A stretch of 61,461 nt of DNA. Source: Candidatus Methylomirabilales bacterium. GTDB lineage: Bacteria > Methylomirabilota > Methylomirabilia > Methylomirabilales > CSP1-5. The translations under genes were made by a program, and so were the position numbers. The stretch is from positions 1-61,461 of the forward strand of contig JBHIAH010000009.1 in assembly GCA_046758505.1 (NCBI GenBank). The letters run 5' to 3'. The notes under the pieces were generated by a model, which saw nothing but the letters and a program-made list of their open reading frames with translations, did no database searches and was not told where the DNA came from. Below are positions 56,170 to 61,461 of this stretch, piece by piece (position 1 is the first letter of the stretch; every line of letters starts with the position of its first letter).

Positions 56170-57828
56170 ATGTCCTACCGCCTGGAACTGTTTCGAGAGC
56201 TGGCAGAGGCGGGGCGTCTGCCGAGCGGCGCGGAGGACTGGGAGGCCTGGCAGAAGACATACGAAACCATGGAGGGCGCCATCGCTGCGCTTGAAGAAGA
56301 GGCGATGGACGGGGAGGAGTCGGCCCTCGTTTTCCGACCCGGAGGCGTGGCCCCACCGTCGACAGAGCCGGCGCGGGGAAGTGTGCCCCTCCCGGAGGGA
56401 GGGGAAATCTTGGCCCTGTCTGTCGCCTCGGCTGTGCGCCTCATCCGCCGGCGCGAGCTCTCGCCCGTGGAACTCGTCCAGGCGGTGCTCGACCGGATCG
56501 ACGCGTACGGGAAGAGCCTGAATGCCTATATTGCGTGGTATCCCGAGGAGGCGCTTGAGGCCGCCCGGAGTGCGGAGGATGCCGTCGCCCGGGGCCGCCC
56601 GCTCGGCCCTCTCCACGGCATCCCTGTCGCACTGAAGGATCTCTTTTTCACCGCGGGTCGTCCGACCACTGCCGGGACCCGGATCCTCACGGATTGTGTC
56701 CCCCGGGAGGATGCGACGGTCATTCGCCGGCTCAGGGAAGCAGGTGCGATTCTCCTGGGAAGGCTCAACCTCCACGAGCTTGCGTACGGGGTGACCAGTG
56801 ACAATCCCCATTTCGGGCCGGTGCGGAATCCTTGGGACCTTACGCGGATCGCGGGAGGAAGCAGTGGGGGCTCTGCCGCGGCGGTGGCGGCCTCTCTCTG
56901 CCCTGCTTCGCTGGGGACCGACACGGGGGGATCGATCCGGATCCCGGCCGCCTGCTGTGGCGTCGTGGGGTTGAAGCCGACCTACGGTCGGGTGAGCCGC
57001 AGCGGCATTCTCCCCCTGGCCTGGTCCTTAGATCATGTCGGCCCCATCACAAGGGGAGTGGAGGATGCTGCCCTGCTGCTTGAGGTCTTGGCGGGGCCCG
57101 ACCCGCGAGATCTCTCCACATCTGCGCTCCCGGTTCCCAAGTACCATCGCACGCTCGGGGGTAACCTGACGGGAGTCCGGATCGGCCTGCCCAGGGGTTT
57201 CTCCCCCCCGGACCAGGCGGAGGTCGATCCCGGGGTGACGGGAGCGGTGGAGCAGGCCGTGCGGGTGATAGAGGACGGGGGGGGGCGCGTGGAGGAGGTG
57301 TCGGTTCCCTTCCTCCGGCACGCGCTCGCCATACAGTTCTTTACCCTGGCGACCGAGGCCAGCGCCAACCACCGTCGGCTCCTCCGGACGCGGGGAAGGG
57401 AACTGGGGGCGGATGTCCGACGGCGGATCGAGCTGGGCGAATTCGTCACGGGCACCCAGTATGTCCGGGCCCAACAGGCCCGTCGGCGCCTGGTGCAGGA
57501 GTTTGCCGCAGTCTTCCGACAGGTGGACCTGCTGGTGACACCGACCCTGCCTGTGGTGGCCCCGCCCCTCGGTGCCCACACAGTCACGATTCACGGGGTC
57601 CAGAAAAGACTCCAGCCGACCCTCACCCGATTCACCAGCCCGTTGAATCTGACCGGCCTGCCCGCGATCTCGGTTCCCTGCGGGTCGGATGCCGGCGGGC
57701 TTCCGGTGGGTCTCCAGATGATCAGCCGACCCTTCGATGAGGCGACGCTCCTTCGCGTGGCCTATGCCTACCAGCAGGCCAGTCCGTGGCATCCGTGGCA
57801 GCCCCCCCTCACGGCTCGCAGCTCTTAG
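56170..57828 (+). CDS. Amidase-signature enzyme with an N-terminal extension
   Basis: KDLF, GGSSGGS, GTDTGGSIRIPA, GLKPTYG. Confidence 0.93.
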   Translation: MSYRLELFRELAEAGRLPSGAEDWEAWQKTYETMEGAIAALEEEAMDGEESALVFRPGGVAPPSTEPARGSVPLPEGGEILALSVASAVRLIRRRELSPVELVQAVLDRIDAYGKSLNAYIAWYPEEALEAARSAEDAVARGRPLGPLHGIPVALKDLFFTAGRPTTAGTRILTDCVPREDATVIRRLREAGAILLGRLNLHELAYGVTSDNPHFGPVRNPWDLTRIAGGSSGGSAAAVAASLCPASLGTDTGGSIRIPAACCGVVGLKPTYGRVSRSGILPLAWSLDHVGPITRGVEDAALLLEVLAGPDPRDLSTSALPVPKYHRTLGGNLTGVRIGLPRGFSPPDQAEVDPGVTGAVEQAVRVIEDGGGRVEEVSVPFLRHALAIQFFTLATEASANHRRLLRTRGRELGADVRRRIELGEFVTGTQYVRAQQARRRLVQEFAAVFRQVDLLVTPTLPVVAPPLGAHTVTIHGVQKRLQPTLTRFTSPLNLTGLPAISVPCGSDAGGLPVGLQMISRPFDEATLLRVAYAYQQASPWHPWQPPLTARSS

Positions 57829-57869
57829 CCCTTAGCAATTCGCGCTTGCAATCAGGGGCGAGCAGCGAG

Positions 57870-57985
57870 CCGCTGGAAGGCTAGCAGGCCAGAAGGCTTG
57901 AATGCAGAAGGCCCCGAAGCTTCCACCGTTCCGATCATTCCAGCCTCCCGGCTTTCTAGCTGGTGGTAGCGGACTGCTGACAGCT
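57870..57985. repeat. 7-8-mer tandem repeat hairpin between convergent genes
   Basis: gctggaag gctagcag gccagaag gcttgaat ... ttccagc ctcccggc tttctagc. Confidence 0.6.
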
Positions 57986-57992
57986 GTGAAGC

Positions 57993-58307
57993 TTACTTCA
58001 GCAATGGGGTTAGGCGGGCCGTGAACGTGGCGAGGTTCGTGTTTCGAATCCGGATGCGCTTGTGACGGGCGGTCGCCCCGGCGATGATCTCCACGCGGCT
58101 GGTCGGGACTCGCAGGACATCGGCCAGCAGGCGGCAGCAGGCGGCGTTTGCCTTGCCTTCCACCGGCCGGGCACTGACGGAAACTTTCAGCACTCCCTCT
58201 CGGACCCCGACGATTGCATCGCGCCTGGCCCCCGGGTGGACCATAACGGGGAAGAGGAGATCACCCCCCTGCGCGCGGACCCTTAGGGTCGAAAGGCTCA
58301 CTCGCAT
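57993..58307 (-). CDS. yggU: DUF167 (YggU) protein
   Basis: V.PGA, P.EGKAN, G.TAR.K. Confidence 0.88.
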   Translation of the reverse strand: MRVSLSTLRVRAQGGDLLFPVMVHPGARRDAIVGVREGVLKVSVSARPVEGKANAACCRLLADVLRVPTSRVEIIAGATARHKRIRIRNTNLATFTARLTPLLK

Positions 58308-58758
58308 CCTCTGCGGCCTCCGCAGCGAGGAGATCCTGGTGGAGTTTGATGGCCGCACGGATCCGGCCCTCAAAGAGGGCCCGCTGCCGCTTCAGATCCG
58401 CGATCTTCCCCTGAAGTTGGCCAAGCGTGACGTGGGAGCGGTCCAGGAGCTTTTCCGCCTTCACCTCGGCCTCCTTGAGGATGAGGTCGGCCTCCTGCCG
58501 GACTTTTTCCTTCATCTCGTCCGTCATCCGCTGGAGGGAGAGAAAGGCCTCTTTGAGTTCATCCTCCCGCTGCTCATAGCCGCGGAGCCGGGTCTGCAGC
58601 TGGTAGATCCGTTCCTCCTGGAGGGCATTCTCCTTGAGCAGCCGCTGCACTTCCTCCGCGACCGCGTCGAGAAACGTCTTGACCTCGATCGGATCGAGGC
58701 CGCGGAAGCGCCGCTTAAATTGGCGCTGGGTGATTTCGATCGGGGTCAAATCGGTCAT
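58261..58758 (-). CDS. divIVA: DivIVA domain protein
   Basis: LTPIEI...F.RRFRG.D..EV..FL, coiled coil. Confidence 0.9.
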   Translation of the reverse strand: MTDLTPIEITQRQFKRRFRGLDPIEVKTFLDAVAEEVQRLLKENALQEERIYQLQTRLRGYEQREDELKEAFLSLQRMTDEMKEKVRQEADLILKEAEVKAEKLLDRSHVTLGQLQGKIADLKRQRALFEGRIRAAIKLHQDLLAAEAAEDASEPFDPKGPRAGG

Positions 58759-59051
58759 CGGAGCCTCAAGGCCAGCTCTCGCAGGGAGGCCACAAGAAAT
58801 TGATCCAAGAAGATGATGGCGAGGATCACCACGACAGGGGAGAAATCGATCCCCCACGCGACCGGCAGGGCCCGGCGTACCGGCCGCAGGACCGGCTCGG
58901 TGCTGCGGTAGAGAAACTGGACGATGGGGTTGTACGGGTCGGGATTGACCCAGGAGACGATGGCCCGGATGATGATGATCCACATATAGATGTTGAGGGC
59001 AATCCCCAGGAGCTGGGCGATCGCACTCAGCAAGTTCGCGAGGATGAACAT
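58755..59051 (-). CDS. yggT: YggT family membrane protein
   Basis: SWV.PDPYNP, TEPVL.P.RR, DFSP. Confidence 0.93.
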   Translation of the reverse strand: MFILANLLSAIAQLLGIALNIYMWIIIIRAIVSWVNPDPYNPIVQFLYRSTEPVLRPVRRALPVAWGIDFSPVVVILAIIFLDQFLVASLRELALRLR

Positions 59052-59054
59052 CCC

Positions 59055-59876
59055 CTATCCCTTCCCAAGCTCCTGCGAGCGCCGGGTCGCCGCCTCGACC
59101 GCGCTCATCAGGGTCCCGCGGAACCCTTCCTGTTCCAGGACGTGCAACCCTGCGATGGTGGTCCCCCCGGGCGAGGTGACGGTATCTCTGAGCCGGGCGG
59201 GGTGTTCCCCGGTCTCAAGGACCATCCGGGCGGCTCCGAGCACCGTCTGGGCCGCGAGCAGCACGGCGACCTCCCGGGAGAGCCCCATCCGGACCCCGGC
59301 GTCCGCGAGGGCCTCAATCACGACAAAGATATACGCTGGGCCGCTCCCGCTCAGGCCGGTCACGGCGTCCATGAGCTTCTCCTCGACCTGAACGACCCGG
59401 CCGACCGCCTCGAAGATCTGCCGGGCGGTTTCGAGGTCCTCCGGTGTGGCGTGATGTCCCGGCGCGATGGCGCTGGCCCCGGCCAGGACGAGGGCAGGGG
59501 TGTTGGGCATGACCCGGACCACCCGGGTCGCCTGGGCACATCTGGTCTCGATGAAGGCGGTCCGGATGCCGGCGGCGATGGAGAGGAGAAGATGATCCGC
59601 TGCCACCGCTCCCCGGAGCCCCGTCAAGACCTCCTCCATCACCTGGGGCTTGACGGCGAGGACCAGGATCTGTGCCTTGGTGGCCGCCTCCCGATTGTCG
59701 GGCAGGGTTTCGATGTGGTACGCCTTGCGGACGGCCTCCAGGCGATCCGTGCGGACGTCCGTCGCAATCAGCTGCTCGGGGCGAACCTGCCCTGCCGCGA
59801 GGAGGCCCTTGATCAGGGCCTCGCCCATGTTTCCGACGCCGATGAAGGCGATCCGTTTGTCCTCGAGTGGCGCCAC
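59055..59876 (-). CDS. proC: Pyrroline-5-carboxylate reductase
   Basis: GVGNMG, LAVKPQ, RVMPNTP, SGSGPAY, VTSPGGTT. Confidence 0.97.
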   Translation of the reverse strand: MAPLEDKRIAFIGVGNMGEALIKGLLAAGQVRPEQLIATDVRTDRLEAVRKAYHIETLPDNREAATKAQILVLAVKPQVMEEVLTGLRGAVAADHLLLSIAAGIRTAFIETRCAQATRVVRVMPNTPALVLAGASAIAPGHHATPEDLETARQIFEAVGRVVQVEEKLMDAVTGLSGSGPAYIFVVIEALADAGVRMGLSREVAVLLAAQTVLGAARMVLETGEHPARLRDTVTSPGGTTIAGLHVLEQEGFRGTLMSAVEAATRRSQELGKG

Positions 59877-60374
59877 GATTTCCCCTAATGGTTTGACTTA
59901 TAACGTGAGACCGTAACGGGAGTCAAGGAATTCTGATTTTCGGGCACAGGGCTCCTCAGCGGTGGGGGGACCGTCGCCTTTCTTTAACACTCGACTATCC
60001 GGTTGATATGTCCGTAATGGGGGCGTAGGATTGGCTCACCCAGTGTTCCGCGGCAGGGGAGGGTATGGCCGTGGCGGCCGGCGGGGATCCCCAATCGAAC
60101 CAGACCAGCGTCCATCTGGAGGAACATGTGTGCACGGCCCTGAGGGGCAAGAGGAGCCCCAAGGGGCCGCTCTATTTCTGGGGGACCTCGGCCCTCCCGC
60201 CCGAGAGGGCCGGTCGAGGCGGCACGCGGGGAGAATATTGTACTTATCCCCTTTTTCTCCTTCGAGCACATTCGCCGCACGAGGTATCCTCACCGCCCTT
60301 CCAGATTGAAGACGCTGTACGTCTTTGATGACTACTCGCTCGTGCAGCGTGCGTTAGCTGTAAACAAAACAAAA

Positions 60375-61368
60375 GGGGTCATTGCTTGACTTTATACTCA
60401 GGATTGGCTAGGCTCGGCTCCCATGGCGAGGCAGTTGCGGCTGGAGTATGCGGGTGCGCTGTATCACGTGACGGCCCGGGGCAACGCGCGGCAACCCATC
60501 TATGAGGATGAGGCTGACCGCCGCCGGTTCCTCGAGTTGCTCGGGCGCGAGACTGGTCAGCAACACTGGCGCTGCTACGCCTACTGCTTGATGGACAACC
60601 ACTACCATGTGCTTCTGGAAACGCCCGAGCCCAATCTCAGCCGCGGCATGCGGCGGCTGAACGGGGCCTATACCCAAGCGTTTAATCGGCGCCATGCTCG
60701 CGTGGGCCATGTACTGCAGGGGCGCTTTAAGAGTATCCTCGTGGAGAAGGAGAGCTATCTGTTGGAACTCTGCCGGTATATAGTGCTCAATCCGGTGCGG
60801 GCCGGGCTCGTGCAGAAGGCCGAGGACTGGCCGTGGAGTAGCTATCGGGCAACGGCGGGCTACGAACCGGCAGCGGACTGGTTGGATGTGGCCGGGGTCC
60901 TCACCCTGTTTCATCGGCATCGGCCGGGGGCGCAGAGCGCCTACGAGCAGTTTGTCGAGGAGGGCCTGGGGCACCCCGCACCCTGGCCGCAGGTGCGGGG
61001 CCAGATCTTCCTGGGCGGGGGCCCGTTCTTAGAGCGCATGGCGCGACGGGTGCGGCGGCAGCACCTGGCCAACGTGCCCGCGGCCCAGACCCGCCCGACC
61101 CGCGCGACCCCCGAGGAGGTGTTGGCTCGCGTGGGGGCAGTGTACGGGATTGGGGTGCAAGGGGTGCTGGCGCGTTCCCATTCGGAGGCATATCGGTGTG
61201 CGGCGTGGTTGCTGCGGCGAGCAGCCAATGAGCCGCTGGCGGTGGTGGCGCAGCGGTTCGGGGTCTCGCCGTCGCGGATCTCGCACATTCAACGCGCGAT
61301 GGAGAGCGGGTCGCTGACTCCTCAACAGAGGCGAGCTATTCGCTTATACAAGGTCAAGCAATGACCCC
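60375..61368 (+). mobile_element. Second RAYT-like HUH element with terminal inverted repeats
   Basis: GGGGTCATTGCTTGAC (60375-60390) and GTCAAGCAATGACCCC (61353-61368) form a perfect 16-bp IR; the stop codon lies inside the right IR. Confidence 0.88.
60423..61364 (+). CDS. Y1 HUH transposase (RAYT-like)
   Basis: MARQLR, YHVTARG, NHYH, YIVLNP, WSSY, C-terminal HTH. Confidence 0.93.
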   Translation: MARQLRLEYAGALYHVTARGNARQPIYEDEADRRRFLELLGRETGQQHWRCYAYCLMDNHYHVLLETPEPNLSRGMRRLNGAYTQAFNRRHARVGHVLQGRFKSILVEKESYLLELCRYIVLNPVRAGLVQKAEDWPWSSYRATAGYEPAADWLDVAGVLTLFHRHRPGAQSAYEQFVEEGLGHPAPWPQVRGQIFLGGGPFLERMARRVRRQHLANVPAAQTRPTRATPEEVLARVGAVYGIGVQGVLARSHSEAYRCAAWLLRRAANEPLAVVAQRFGVSPSRISHIQRAMESGSLTPQQRRAIRLYKVKQ

Positions 61369-61461
61369 AAGATACAAGATACCAAGATACTTCGTGCAAG
61401 ATCAAGCAATGACCCCAAGATTTGCAAGATTGCAAGATAATGACCCCAAGATAACAAGATG
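61367..61461. repeat. Stuttered partial copies of the element end and CAAGAT units
   Basis: caagata caagata ccaagata ... tcaagcaatgacccc aagatt tgcaagat tgcaagat aatgacccc aagata acaagat. Confidence 0.8.

Noticed and set aside
59880..60370. Possible riboswitch or small gene upstream of proC, where yggS often lies
   Set aside because: No convincing RNA motif or protein similarity; the short ORFs lack SD sequences and motifs.

Overview
GC-rich bacterial chromosomal window from a diderm organism (it has a TonB-dependent receptor; an NC10/Methylomirabilota-like or deltaproteobacterial origin is only a guess). In order it carries: (1) the end of a System I cytochrome c maturation operon (ccmF-G-H-I); (2) two HUH/Y1 (RAYT-like) transposase elements bounded by GGGGTCA...TGACCCC-type terminal inverted repeats, plus orphan ends; (3) moeA, mrp/apbC and a REC-Zn-ribbon-REC regulator; (4) two cobalamin riboswitches controlling cbiA-cbiP-btuFCD and btuB-tonB; (5) a DsbA/FrnE-like gene with an in-frame UGA in a UxxC motif and a SECIS-like hairpin, i.e. 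a probable selenoprotein missed by the ORF track; (6) a ~5.5 kb array of toxin-antitoxin/RNase cassettes (three MNT-HEPN pairs, HicAB, NYN) punctuated by a shared 16-bp direct repeat; (7) a PHA/acyl-CoA cluster preceded by an Ile/Val-type attenuator, containing a Cys-less thiolase, a divergent B12 mutase, class III PhaC/PhaE, a phasin, crt, hbd, a normal thiolase, phaB and phaJ, with a shared operator palindrome; (8) the top candidate new system, a five-gene ubiquitin-like conjugation operon (pore-loop AAA+ ATPase, E2-like, JAB peptidase, E1, and a Ubl with a cleavable tail) related to PRTRC cassettes but without ParB; (9) housekeeping genes including mltD, a patatin, cutA, an HtrA protease, an HspR/HAIR-controlled dnaK-hsp20-dnaJ-hspR-htpX cluster, an amidase and proC-yggT-divIVA-yggU. 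No tRNA, rRNA or CRISPR array was recognised. All calls come from motif recognition by eye, without database searches.
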